A DNA stretch of 64,000 nucleotides. Source: Deinococcus sp. (GTDB lineage: Bacteria; Deinococcota; Deinococci; Deinococcales; Deinococcaceae). Positions 42,021-53,409 of the stretch are shown here, piece by piece. Below the pieces are notes generated by a model, which did no database searches, had not been told where the DNA came from, and saw only the letters and a program-made list of their open reading frames with translations. Every line of letters starts with the position of its first letter. The first letter of the stretch is position 1. The translations under genes were made by a program, and so were the position numbers. The stretch spans positions 716,057 to 780,056 of the forward strand of contig OZ253375.1 of assembly GCA_965261005.1 (NCBI GenBank), read 5' to 3'.

Positions 42021-42551
42021 GTGAAAAATGCATTGCTCTTGGCGGTGAGCGCCGTCTTGTTGTCTTCATGCAACGTTCTGCTGGAGGGGAACGGGCCGGG
42101 AAGGAGTGGCGTCCGCATCGACGCCCTGCGCTTCGACAGCAACTTCACGCTTGGCAACGGCGTTTCTTACGGGAACGTCTACTTCCCGCGCGGCGGCCCC
42201 GTGATCTGCGACAACGTGACCACCGTCCTGAGCTACGGCTTCGTCTACGGCGGCGACCTCGCCAGCTGGACCAGCACGCTCGTCGGCCTCACGACCGGGC
42301 AGGAATCCGACGACCAGGAGTTCTACCTGACCAACTACCCACCGCTGAACGGCACCGTCACGGTGAACAACTACTACGTCGGGCCGCGCACGGTCCCGCT
42401 GAACCTCGGCAAGGTCAAGGCCCAAGGCATTGTCGTGAACCCAGAGGTGATCGGCGTGACCAAGGTGCGCGTGCGCGCCTTCGATTCGTACGGTCAGTCA
42501 GACTACGAGACGTACAGCAACCCGCTGCCCGTGCTGGGCAATTGTTACTAG
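42021..42551 (+). CDS. Lipoprotein of unknown function (paralog 1 of 3)
   Basis: Lipobox LLSSC. Cys pair (ICDNV ... GNCY). QGIVVNPE motif. Confidence 0.7.
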   Translation: MKNALLLAVSAVLLSSCNVLLEGNGPGRSGVRIDALRFDSNFTLGNGVSYGNVYFPRGGPVICDNVTTVLSYGFVYGGDLASWTSTLVGLTTGQESDDQEFYLTNYPPLNGTVTVNNYYVGPRTVPLNLGKVKAQGIVVNPEVIGVTKVRVRAFDSYGQSDYETYSNPLPVLGNCY

Positions 42552-42561
42552 GAGGAAACGT

Positions 42562-43116
42562 ATGAAGAAGACACTGATGTTGATGGGTGTAGGTGTATTG
42601 CTGGCGAGCTGCGGCTCTACTCAGGTTGGCTCGGCGAAGCTGACCATCACGGGTTTGCGCACCGAGTACCGGACCACAGCCGGAGCGTATGTGGCCTGCG
42701 ATAACGTGGCCTATCCTGACGGCACGACGACCAGCACGACCCAAGTCGCCGCTGCTTTCAACGCGACGGGCGACGTGTCCTCAGTGCAAGTAGCTTTACA
42801 CGGCAACTCTACAGCCAAGTACGACAACAACTACGTGGCGACCTTTACACGCGAGCAGCTCGACGCAGTTGGAGGCAACGATTTCGTGGCCCTCTTTGAT
42901 GCGGACGCGTCCAAGAACGTCTTGCCTCAGAGCATCACGGTCAACCCAGCCAGGCGATACATCAAGATCGTCACACCCGTCGGCGATTCCCCTGGCAGCT
43001 TCCGCACGGATATCACCCTCACGAATGAAGGCAACTCGGGCACCGCCTTTGGTTTGACCAACATTGCCGTTTATACGGGCTGCAACGTGACGAGCAAAAC
43101 GGACGAGCAACTTTAA
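42562..43116 (+). CDS. Lipoprotein of unknown function (paralog 2 of 3)
   Basis: AGGAGG RBS. Lipobox LLASC. Cys pair (ACDNV ... GCNV). QSITVNPA motif. Confidence 0.7.
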   Translation: MKKTLMLMGVGVLLASCGSTQVGSAKLTITGLRTEYRTTAGAYVACDNVAYPDGTTTSTTQVAAAFNATGDVSSVQVALHGNSTAKYDNNYVATFTREQLDAVGGNDFVALFDADASKNVLPQSITVNPARRYIKIVTPVGDSPGSFRTDITLTNEGNSGTAFGLTNIAVYTGCNVTSKTDEQL

Positions 43117-43131
43117 CCTTCCCAGCTGTGC

Positions 43132-43162
43132 GCGGCCCCTCCACGGGGCCGCCGTCTTTTTT
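43132..43162 (+). terminator. Intrinsic terminator
   Basis: GCGGCCCC-tccac-GGGGCCGC then cgtcTTTTTT. Confidence 0.7.
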
Positions 43163-43216
43163 CACCTCTAAACAGCCCATCACATTTCATCAGCTTTTCT
43201 CCCGAACAATACGGGC

Positions 43217-43723
43217 ATGAACAAGCTGTTCGTTCTGCCGCTCGCCCTGCTGCTCGCCGCCTGCGCGCCCCGCGCGACCGAACAGGTGGCCGCGCCGACG
43301 GTCGCGCCGACGCTCTTTGATGCCCAAAACCAGCAGACCTTCTGCGTCAGCCGCAACGCCTACCTGGACTTCGGCCTGGACTACGCCGGCGACGTGAACC
43401 GCGTCGAGGTGTACGCGACCGAGGCGGGCAGCGGGGCGCCCGGCGGGCAAAATCCGGGGCGCTTCGTGGGCGGCTCTGGCGACGTGTTCAGGATCAACCG
43501 GGGGCACGTCTCGGGCAGCGTCGTGTTCCAGCCCGAGGCGGGCAGCGTGCGGGTGGTGCCGACGGGCGGCGCGCAGGCGCTCGCGATCACGGTCAACCCG
43601 GCCACCAGTTACGAGCTGTACTTCCGGGCCTACTCGGCCTCCGGCGCGCCGTCCGCCTTTGTCGCGGGGCAAACAATCACGCCGGACGACAGCGTGAACT
43701 GTGACCCCGATTTGCGCTACTGA
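43217..43723 (+). CDS. Lipoprotein of unknown function (paralog 3 of 3)
   Basis: Lipobox LLAAC. Cys pair (FCVSRN ... NCDP). LAITVNPA motif. Confidence 0.7.
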   Translation: MNKLFVLPLALLLAACAPRATEQVAAPTVAPTLFDAQNQQTFCVSRNAYLDFGLDYAGDVNRVEVYATEAGSGAPGGQNPGRFVGGSGDVFRINRGHVSGSVVFQPEAGSVRVVPTGGAQALAITVNPATSYELYFRAYSASGAPSAFVAGQTITPDDSVNCDPDLRY

Positions 43724-43752
43724 TTTTCCAAGCCCACCTATACTGGGGCCAC

Positions 43753-43797
43753 ATGGCTCACAACAACACAGCCCACAACGATACAGCCCACAGCGAC
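43753..43797 (+). repeat. 15-bp tandem repeat (3 units) at the gene 5' end
   Basis: ATGGCTCACAACAAC / ACAGCCCACAACGAT / ACAGCCCACAGCGAC. Confidence 0.8.
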
Positions 43798-44181
43798 GCG
43801 GCCCTGTACGACCAGTGGATTCTTTTGATGGGCTGGCTGCGCGAGGTGGCCCAGGCGCGCGGCCTCGGCTTCGAGAAGGTCTCCGACTTTCCCGACTACA
43901 TTTACCGCATGGAGCGGCCCTACGATTTGCCCACGACGGTGGCGAGCGTGGGCGTCACCCACGGAGGGCAGCCGCTGCTGATCGCCTCGGTGTCGCCGCG
44001 CCACGTCCAGCTCAAGAGCGTGCAGCTGCGTTTGATGGGCGGCAGCAAACACTGGCACCTGCACGCGGGCGACGGCGGCCTGCTGGAAGGCAAACGCCCC
44101 TTCACCCAGGAGCGGCTGACCGCCATCGTGGACGGGGCGCTGGAGGGGCTGGTGCGGACCCTCTCAGCCCCCTCTACCTGA
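43753..44181 (+). CDS. Hypothetical protein with N-terminal pentapeptide repeats
   Basis: TATACT -10-like hexamer 8 nt upstream. MAHNN-TAHND-TAHSD, then a non-repetitive 125-aa body. No recognisable domain. Confidence 0.5.
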   Translation: MAHNNTAHNDTAHSDAALYDQWILLMGWLREVAQARGLGFEKVSDFPDYIYRMERPYDLPTTVASVGVTHGGQPLLIASVSPRHVQLKSVQLRLMGGSKHWHLHAGDGGLLEGKRPFTQERLTAIVDGALEGLVRTLSAPST

Positions 44182-44626
44182 TCCACACAAAGGCCGTCAG
44201 CGCCGCCAGCACGCCGAGAAGCGCGCCCACCGCCACCTCCAGGTAGGTGTGGCCCAGCAAGACCCGCAGCGGCTTGGGCGCGAAGCCCTCGCGGACCACG
44301 TCGCGCAGCTCGGTCAGCAGCTCGTTGAGAACGCGGGCCTGCTGGCCGCTGGAGTGGCGCACGCCGGTCGCGTCGTAGATCACGATCAGCGAGAAGACCA
44401 CCGCCACGGCGAACAGGGGGGCGCCCACCCCCTCGGTCAGGCCGACGCCAGTGGACAGGGCGACCACCATGGCGGTGTGGCTCGACGGCATGCCGCCGGT
44501 CTCCACGAACTTGTCGGGTTCCCAACGGCCCGTAAAGGCGAGAATGAGCAGCACCTTGATGACCTGCGCGCTCAGGCTCGCGAGCACGGCAGTCCACAGC
44601 CAACGGTTATTGAGGAGTTCAAGCAC
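44174..44626 (-). CDS. Divergent PAP2-family membrane protein (DUF212)
   Basis: SLSAQVIKVLL, GGMPSSHTAMVVAL, YDATGVRHSSGQQA, LGHTYLEV. Confidence 0.85.
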   Translation of the reverse strand: MLELLNNRWLWTAVLASLSAQVIKVLLILAFTGRWEPDKFVETGGMPSSHTAMVVALSTGVGLTEGVGAPLFAVAVVFSLIVIYDATGVRHSSGQQARVLNELLTELRDVVREGFAPKPLRVLLGHTYLEVAVGALLGVLAALTAFVWIR

Positions 44627-44638
44627 GGGCGTCCCAGT

Positions 44639-45511
44639 CTAGCGGTATCCGCCGCTGGGCTGAGCCTGGAAAGCGCGCTCCGCCGCCGTCACGGTGTTGG
44701 CCAGCAGCTGCGCCACCGTCATGGGGCCGACGCCGCCGGGCACCGGCGTGAGGGCGCCCGCCACCCCCGCCACCTCCGGGTGAACGTCGCCGGAGAGGCG
44801 CGGCTTATCGAACTCCTGAAGCCGGTTGATCCCCACGTCAATCACCGTTGCGCCGGAACGGACCATCGCCGGGGTGATGGCGTGCGCCCGGCCCACGGCC
44901 ACGCACAGCAGCTCAGCCTCGCGGGTGACGGCGGCCAAGTCGGGCGTGCGCGAGTGGGCCACCGTCACGGTCGCGTCGGCGCGCAGCAGCAAGGCGGCCA
45001 GCGGCTTGCCGACGATGTTGCTGCGGCCGACGATCACGGCGCGCCTGCCGGCAAGGGACACGTCGTAGTACGCCAGCAATTTCATCACCCCCTGCGGCGT
45101 GCAGGGGGGCAGCGCCTCGCCCCCCGTCCACAGCCCGCCCACGTTGAGGGGATGAAAGCCGTCCACGTCCTTGGCGGGGTCAATCGCCGAGATAACCCGC
45201 GCGGCGCTCACCTGCGCCGGCAGCGGCAGCTGCACCAGAATGCCGCTCACGGCGGGGGCGCGGTTCAGGCGCGCAATCAGGGCCAGCAGCTCGCCTTCCG
45301 GGGTGGCCGCGTCCAGCGCGTGTACGGTCGAGCCGAGGCCGATCTCGCGCGCCCGCCTCGCCTTGAGGTTCACGTAGCTGACCGAGGCCGGGTCGTCGCC
45401 GAGGCGGATCACGTGCAGGTGGGGAACCTGCGGCAAGCGCACCAAACGGGCGGCGGCGTCCTCCAGCACGGCCGCCGCCGCCGGCGCGCCGAAGAGAAGG
45501 CGGGCGCTCAA
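44639..45511 (-). CDS. folD: Bifunctional methylenetetrahydrofolate dehydrogenase/cyclohydrolase
   Basis: GDDPASVSYVNLKARRA, GILVQLPLP, KDVDGFHPLNVG, VIVGRSNIVGKPLA, PGGVGPMT. Confidence 0.95.
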   Translation of the reverse strand: MSARLLFGAPAAAAVLEDAAARLVRLPQVPHLHVIRLGDDPASVSYVNLKARRAREIGLGSTVHALDAATPEGELLALIARLNRAPAVSGILVQLPLPAQVSAARVISAIDPAKDVDGFHPLNVGGLWTGGEALPPCTPQGVMKLLAYYDVSLAGRRAVIVGRSNIVGKPLAALLLRADATVTVAHSRTPDLAAVTREAELLCVAVGRAHAITPAMVRSGATVIDVGINRLQEFDKPRLSGDVHPEVAGVAGALTPVPGGVGPMTVAQLLANTVTAAERAFQAQPSGGYR

Positions 45512-46005
45512 GCTTCCGGCTCCTCCACAAGTTCTGGCTCTCGCGTGGGTTCTGGCCCGCGCGTGCGCCCGAAGCTGCCCAGCACGCCGTTCACGAACTT
45601 GCCCGACTCCTCACCGCCGTACTTGCGCGCGAGGCGCACAGCCGACTCGATCACGACCGGGGCCGGCTGGTCGCCGTGCAGCAGCTCGTACACCGCGAGG
45701 CGCAGCACGTTGAGGTCGGTCTGGGCCATCTGCGCGAAGCTCCAGCCCCGAATGGTCCCGCGCAACGCGCCGTCCACCTCCTCGCGCCCCGCCTCGTAGC
45801 CGAGGACCAGCGAGCGGGCGAAGTCGCGCGCCTCGCCGGCGAGAGAAACCTCGCCCTCCGCCTCCACCCGCGTCAGCGTCTCCGCAATTGGCGTCCCGCC
45901 CTGCGCCGCCTCGAACAGCACCCGAAAGGCGAGGTCGCGCGCCGCGCGGCGGCTGGACTGCGGCGCCTGGGCCTGTTCACGGCGGCGCGTCATCGCCTTC
46001 CCCAA
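45508..46005 (-). CDS. nusB: Transcription antitermination factor NusB
   Basis: RRAARDLAFRVLFEA, LNVLRLAVYELL, VVIESAVRLARKYGGEESGKFVNGVL. Start is TTG 46005 or ATG 45993. Confidence 0.9.
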   Translation of the reverse strand: MGKAMTRRREQAQAPQSSRRAARDLAFRVLFEAAQGGTPIAETLTRVEAEGEVSLAGEARDFARSLVLGYEAGREEVDGALRGTIRGWSFAQMAQTDLNVLRLAVYELLHGDQPAPVVIESAVRLARKYGGEESGKFVNGVLGSFGRTRGPEPTREPELVEEPEA

Positions 46006-46030
46006 GTTAAGCCCCGAGTCAAACCCCAGG

Positions 46031-46363
46031 TCAAGCGCTGCCCCTGGGCAAGTTCAACCCCTGCACGGTGACGTTTACGGCGCGCACCCTCAGGCCGGTC
46101 ATGCTCTCCACGTTCTCGGTGACGGCCTGTTGGGCGCGCTGGGACAGACCCAGCAAATTCTTGCCGTACTCGACGTTCACGCCCACGTCGAAGGTCACGC
46201 CCTCCCCCTCGCGGCTCACCTTGAGCGCCCGCGGGCGCCGGGCGGTGCGGCCCAGCACCTCGCCCACCTTGATGGGGGCGGCGGCGATCTCCAGCCCCTC
46301 GATGCCCGACAAGGCCGTGCTGGCGATGTCGTACAGCACGTTTTTGGCAATGTCCACTTCCAT
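46031..46363 (-). CDS. Asp23/Gls24-family envelope stress protein
   Basis: IAKNVLYDIASTALSGIEGL...GVTFDVGVNVEYGKNL...AVTENVESMTGLRVRAVNVTVQGL. Confidence 0.85.
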   Translation of the reverse strand: MEVDIAKNVLYDIASTALSGIEGLEIAAAPIKVGEVLGRTARRPRALKVSREGEGVTFDVGVNVEYGKNLLGLSQRAQQAVTENVESMTGLRVRAVNVTVQGLNLPRGSA

Positions 46364-46400
46364 AGCTTCTCTCCCCTATCCCAGCATCCATGGCCCGGCG

Positions 46401-48539
<2,139 letters not shown>

Positions 48540-48605
48540 TTAAAACGTTGTTGTATATTTCTTTATGAACGGTGGAACAACGCCGCTTCCCTGGAGGAAA
48601 CGACC

Positions 48606-49730
<1,125 letters not shown>

Positions 49731-49747
49731 GCGAAGGGTTGAGTTGA

Positions 49748-49776
49748 AGCGCCCCCGGAATATCGGGGGCGCTTTT
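49748..49776 (+). terminator. Intrinsic terminator after the BMP gene
   Basis: AGCGCCCCCG-gaatat-CGGGGGCGCT then TTT. Confidence 0.7.
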
Positions 49777-49786
49777 GAAGTTGCCC

Positions 49787-49815
49787 TTGACCCTGCTCAA
49801 GCACGTCACTAGGAT
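49787..49815 (+). promoter_or_regulatory. Sigma-70-like promoter for tRNA-Val
   Basis: TTGACC - 17 nt - TAGGAT, ending 15 nt before the tRNA 5' end. Confidence 0.45.
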
Positions 49816-49830
49816 GTGGAGGCTGACTTC

Positions 49831-49905
<75 letters not shown>

Positions 49906-50085
49906 GAAAAAGCGGGTGCAGGATGTAAGGGAGGCTGTTGCTCTGTGTCCTTCCTCACTGCTCATTGTTTAACCATTCCTATTCCAGCTGCAACCCATGT
50001 GACGGCAGACGTGAATAGCCCACCGAGGTGACCCCCGGCGCCCACGACATTCACCTGACAAGAGGTCCATTACTCTGGAGATCAC

Positions 50086-50841
50086 ATGTCTCCCCTGCTC
50101 AGCGTCAAGAACGTCAACATCTACTACAACGACAAGCGCGCCGTACACGACGTCAGCATGGACATCGAGCGCGGCACCGTCAACGCCCTGATCGGCCCCA
50201 GCGGCTGCGGCAAGACCACCTTTTTGCGGGCGCTGGACCGCATGCACGACCTGACGCCGGGGGCGCGCGTCGAGGGTCAGATTCTGCTGGACGGCGAGGA
50301 CATCTACGGCGATGTGGACCCCGTGACCATTCGCCGCCGGGTCGGCATGGTCTTTCAAAAGCCCAATCCCTTTCCCACCATGACGGTGTTCGACAATGTG
50401 GTCAGCGGCCTCAAGCTGGCCGGCACACGCGACCGCCGCACCTTACTGGAGGTGGCCGAGCGCAGCTTGCGCCAAGCCGCGTTGTGGGACGAGGTGAAGG
50501 ACCGGCTGAACACCCCGGCCACCGGCCTCTCGGGCGGACAGCAGCAACGCCTGTGTATTGCGCGCGCGCTCGCCGTGGAACCGGAAGTCCTGCTGATGGA
50601 CGAGCCGACCAGCGCCCTCGATCCGCAAAGCACCGCCCGCATCGAGGACTTGATGGGCGACCTCAAAAAGGCCGTGACCATCGTGATCGTGACCCACAAC
50701 ATGCAGCAGGCGGCGCGCGTCAGCGACACCACCAGCTTCTTTCTGAACGGCGACATGATCGAGCGCGGCCTGACCGACCAAGTATTCACCAGCCCCAAGG
50801 ACGAGCGCACCGAGGCCTACGTGACCGGCCGCTTCGGTTGA
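50086..50841 (+). CDS. pstB: Phosphate ABC transporter ATP-binding protein
   Basis: [52 protein letters not shown]. Confidence 0.95.
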   Translation: MSPLLSVKNVNIYYNDKRAVHDVSMDIERGTVNALIGPSGCGKTTFLRALDRMHDLTPGARVEGQILLDGEDIYGDVDPVTIRRRVGMVFQKPNPFPTMTVFDNVVSGLKLAGTRDRRTLLEVAERSLRQAALWDEVKDRLNTPATGLSGGQQQRLCIARALAVEPEVLLMDEPTSALDPQSTARIEDLMGDLKKAVTIVIVTHNMQQAARVSDTTSFFLNGDMIERGLTDQVFTSPKDERTEAYVTGRFG

Positions 50842-50940
50842 AGAATTTTTCAACATCTTAAAACTCTCTTCACCACAACGTGCCGGCGGCTGACGTTCTC
50901 CTGAAGAACTGGCGCCACACTGATGTGAAACAGGTTCTTT

Positions 50941-51600
50941 ATGCGCGACGCCCTCACCTCCAGCATTCACGACCTCTCCAACGGCTTTCTGCGCATGCAG
51001 AGCGTCGCCTTGGAGCAGCTCGCCCACCTGCGCGAGGCGCTGCTGACAGGAGACTTTCGCGGACTGACCGGGGCCACCGCCGAGCTTGAGCAGGAACTCG
51101 ACCGCTTGGAACGCGAGTTGGAAACGGCCTGCCTGACCGGCATCGCGCGCTACCAACCGGTTGCCAGCGATCTGCGCTTTTACATGACCGTGTTCAAAAG
51201 CCTGGCCGACTTGGAACGGGTGGGCGATTACGGCCGGCAGACCGGGCGCGACCTGGAGGAATTGGCGGGCAGCCTGCGCAGCAGCTCCCTTCAGGACGTG
51301 CTGCCCCTGGTCACGCGACTCGCGGAAATGGTCGAGCGACTCGCGTTCGCCTTCGCAGAGCGCGACCTGGGCGCCGCCCGCGAGGTGACCAGCCTCGACG
51401 ACGACGTGGACGCCTTTTACGGGCAGCTTCAGCGCGCCAGCCTGACCCGTATTCTGGAGGACCCGCGCGATTTGCACGTCTCGCTGCGAATCAGCCGCCT
51501 CGCGCGCAGCTTGGAGCGCCTCGGCGACCACGTGGTCAATGTGGCCGAGCGGCTGGAAGCGTGGCTCATTCATAGACCCCAGCCGGCCACAATAGAGTAG
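50941..51600 (+). CDS. phoU: Phosphate signalling complex protein PhoU
   Basis: Two PhoU repeats with LERVGDY / LERLGDH motifs. Position after pstB. Confidence 0.9.
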   Translation: MRDALTSSIHDLSNGFLRMQSVALEQLAHLREALLTGDFRGLTGATAELEQELDRLERELETACLTGIARYQPVASDLRFYMTVFKSLADLERVGDYGRQTGRDLEELAGSLRSSSLQDVLPLVTRLAEMVERLAFAFAERDLGAAREVTSLDDDVDAFYGQLQRASLTRILEDPRDLHVSLRISRLARSLERLGDHVVNVAERLEAWLIHRPQPATIE

Positions 51601-51624
51601 ACCCCTATGTCGCACAGATGGCGC

Positions 51625-51653
51625 TTGACAGCGTTGAGGGAAAATTGTATAAG
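51625..51653 (+). promoter_or_regulatory. Near-consensus sigma-70 promoter in an AT-rich island
   Basis: TTGACA - 17 nt - TATAAG. A second similar box GAAAATTATACT follows 10 nt later. Confidence 0.45.
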
Positions 51654-51713
51654 TTGTGAAAATTATACTTAGGGCGTCTCGGTATACTTCGTTCATTTCA
51701 ACAAGGCCTCTCG

Positions 51714-51812
51714 ATGGATCAGTTCATGAACGGCGCCGCCGGCACCGTCTCGGGGAACACCGCTGCGGCCACCGAGCCGGTTCTCGACACCTCACACCCC
51801 TTCAAGTTCTAA
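51714..51812 (+). CDS. Candidate 32-codon small ORF (or the body of a small RNA)
   Basis: ATG...TAA encoding MDQFMNGAAGTVSGNTAAATEPVLDTSHPFKF. Lies between a strong promoter and a strong terminator. Below the ORF-track length cut-off. Weak SD. Confidence 0.3.
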   Translation: MDQFMNGAAGTVSGNTAAATEPVLDTSHPFKF

Positions 51813-51841
51813 TTCGAGTCCTGAGAGCAGCACATGGAGCG

Positions 51842-51873
51842 GGGCGGCCGGGAATGATTTCCGGCCGCCCTTT
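51842..51873 (+). terminator. Intrinsic terminator-like hairpin
   Basis: GGGCGGCCGG-gaatgattt-CCGGCCGCCC 10-bp perfect stem, then TTTa. Confidence 0.6.
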
Positions 51874-51904
51874 ACCGCTGCCCTTTGCCATTAGACTGTT
51901 CCGC

Positions 51905-52495
51905 GTGACCAGAGCCGCGACCGTCCAGCGCCACACCACGGAGACACGGGTCGAGGTCAGCCTCGACCTCGACACACCCTCGACCGACCAAGCGTTGCGG
52001 ACGGGGCACGGCTTTTTCGACCACATGCTGGAACAACTGCGGCGCCATGGCAGACTGGGACTTGGGATAGTCGCCGAGGGCGATCTGCACGTCGAGGTGC
52101 ATCACCTCGCCGAGGACGTGGGCATCACGCTAGGACAGGCCATCTCCGGGGCGCTGGGAAACCGCGCCGGCATCGAGCGCTACGGCAGCGCCTTCGTGCC
52201 GATGGACGAGACGCTGGCGCAGGTGGTGCTCGACCTTTCCGGCCGCGCCCACTTGGCCTACTCGCCCGAGCAGCTGGACGTGTGGGGCGACGCCGGGGGC
52301 TTCACGCACTACCATCTGCGCGAGTTTCTGCGCGGCTTTTGCAACCACGCGGGGGCCACCCTGCACGTGCGGCTTTTGGCCGGCCGCGAGGCCCATCACG
52401 TGATCGAGGCGGTCTTCAAGGCCTTTGCACGCGCGCTGCGCGACGCCGTCCGCGTGAGCGGCGGGGACGTGCCCAGCACCAAGGGGACTTTATGA
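51905..52495 (+). CDS. hisB: Imidazoleglycerol-phosphate dehydratase
   Basis: RHTTETRVEVSLDLD, TGHGFFDHML, DLHVEVHHLAEDVGI, GREAHHVIEAVFKAFARAL. GTG 51905 chosen as start (uncertain). Confidence 0.9.
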   Translation: MTRAATVQRHTTETRVEVSLDLDTPSTDQALRTGHGFFDHMLEQLRRHGRLGLGIVAEGDLHVEVHHLAEDVGITLGQAISGALGNRAGIERYGSAFVPMDETLAQVVLDLSGRAHLAYSPEQLDVWGDAGGFTHYHLREFLRGFCNHAGATLHVRLLAGREAHHVIEAVFKAFARALRDAVRVSGGDVPSTKGTL

Positions 52496-53115
52496 GCCGC
52501 ACCCTGCTGATCGACTACGGCGCCGGCAACGTCCGCAGCGTACACAAGGCTTTGCTGCGCGCCGGGCTGGACGTGGAGGTGTCCGGGGACCCAAGCCGGG
52601 TGGACGGGGCCGCCGCCCTGGTGGTGCCGGGTCAGGGGCACTTCCGGCAGGTCCTGGAAGCCTTTCGGGCGTCGGGCTTCGAGGAACCGCTGCGGGGGGC
52701 CGTGGCGGCCGGCGTACCGCTGCTGGGCATCTGCGTGGGCATGCAGATGCTGTACGAAGGGTCCGAGGAGGCGCCGGACACGCCGGGCCTGGGCCTGTTC
52801 GCGGGCACGGTGCGCCGCTTCGCCGGGAACGGCCTAAGCGTGCCGCAGATGGGCTGGAACTCGATTGACCGGGTGGGCGACTCCCCCATTTTGCGGGACG
52901 TGGCCTGCCCCGCCTACGTCTACTTCGCCAACTCCTACTACGTGCCCCTGGACGCCGAGGCGGACGACGGCGCCATCGCCGAGTACGGGGCGCCGTACTG
53001 GGCCGCCGTGTCGCGCGGCCACGTCCACGCCACCCAGTTCCACCCCGAAAAGAGCGGGCCGGTGGGCCTGAACATTCTGGAAGGGTTTCGGCGACACGTG
53101 GTGGGGGCGGAATAA
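52492..53115 (+). CDS. hisH: Imidazole glycerol phosphate synthase, glutamine amidotransferase subunit
   Basis: IDYGAGNVRSV, VPGQGHF, LGICVGMQML, HATQFHPEKSG. ATGA overlap with hisB. Confidence 0.93.
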   Translation: MSRTLLIDYGAGNVRSVHKALLRAGLDVEVSGDPSRVDGAAALVVPGQGHFRQVLEAFRASGFEEPLRGAVAAGVPLLGICVGMQMLYEGSEEAPDTPGLGLFAGTVRRFAGNGLSVPQMGWNSIDRVGDSPILRDVACPAYVYFANSYYVPLDAEADDGAIAEYGAPYWAAVSRGHVHATQFHPEKSGPVGLNILEGFRRHVVGAE

Positions 53116-53148
53116 AAGGCCAGCTTCAAAATTCTAGTCACGGACGTC

Positions 53149-53154
53149 TATACT
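53149..53154 (+). promoter_or_regulatory. -10-like TATACT 6 nt upstream of ATG 53161
   Basis: TATACTgtgaccATG. Confidence 0.35.
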
Positions 53155-53160
53155 GTGACC

Positions 53161-53409
53161 ATGAGTGTGCAAAAAGTGTACGAAGTCAAGATGACGGACC
53201 AGGGCCGCATCGTCGTGCCCCAGAAGTTACGGCGTGAGCTGAACCTCGACACGAGCGCGGCGTTCGTGATGTACCGGGACGGCGACCGCGTCGTTCTGGA
53301 GCGCCGTGGAGAGGCCCGTGCCCGGCTCGCCAACCTGGCCGCGAAGTTGCCCGGAACAGACGCCTTTCTCGCCGAGCGCCGCGCCGAGGCGAGACGCGAG
53401 CAGGAGTGA
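53161..53409 (+). CDS. AbrB/MazE/SpoVT-fold antitoxin (VapB-type)
   Basis: KMTDQGRIVVPQKLRRELNL looped-hinge-helix motif. Overlaps the downstream PIN gene. Confidence 0.8.
   Translation: MSVQKVYEVKMTDQGRIVVPQKLRRELNLDTSAAFVMYRDGDRVVLERRGEARARLANLAAKLPGTDAFLAERRAEARREQE

Noticed and set aside
40016-42565. 849-aa plus-strand ORF covering argS and the first lipoprotein gene
   Set aside because: It is antisense to argS (HIGH motif and full synthetase architecture on the minus strand) and out of frame with the lipoprotein gene. It is low-complexity.
51714-51812. The small ORF upstream of hisB as a classical histidine attenuator leader peptide
   Set aside because: It has only one His codon and no run of His codons. 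I could not find a convincing alternative antiterminator pairing by eye, so it is kept only as a generic small-ORF/sRNA candidate.
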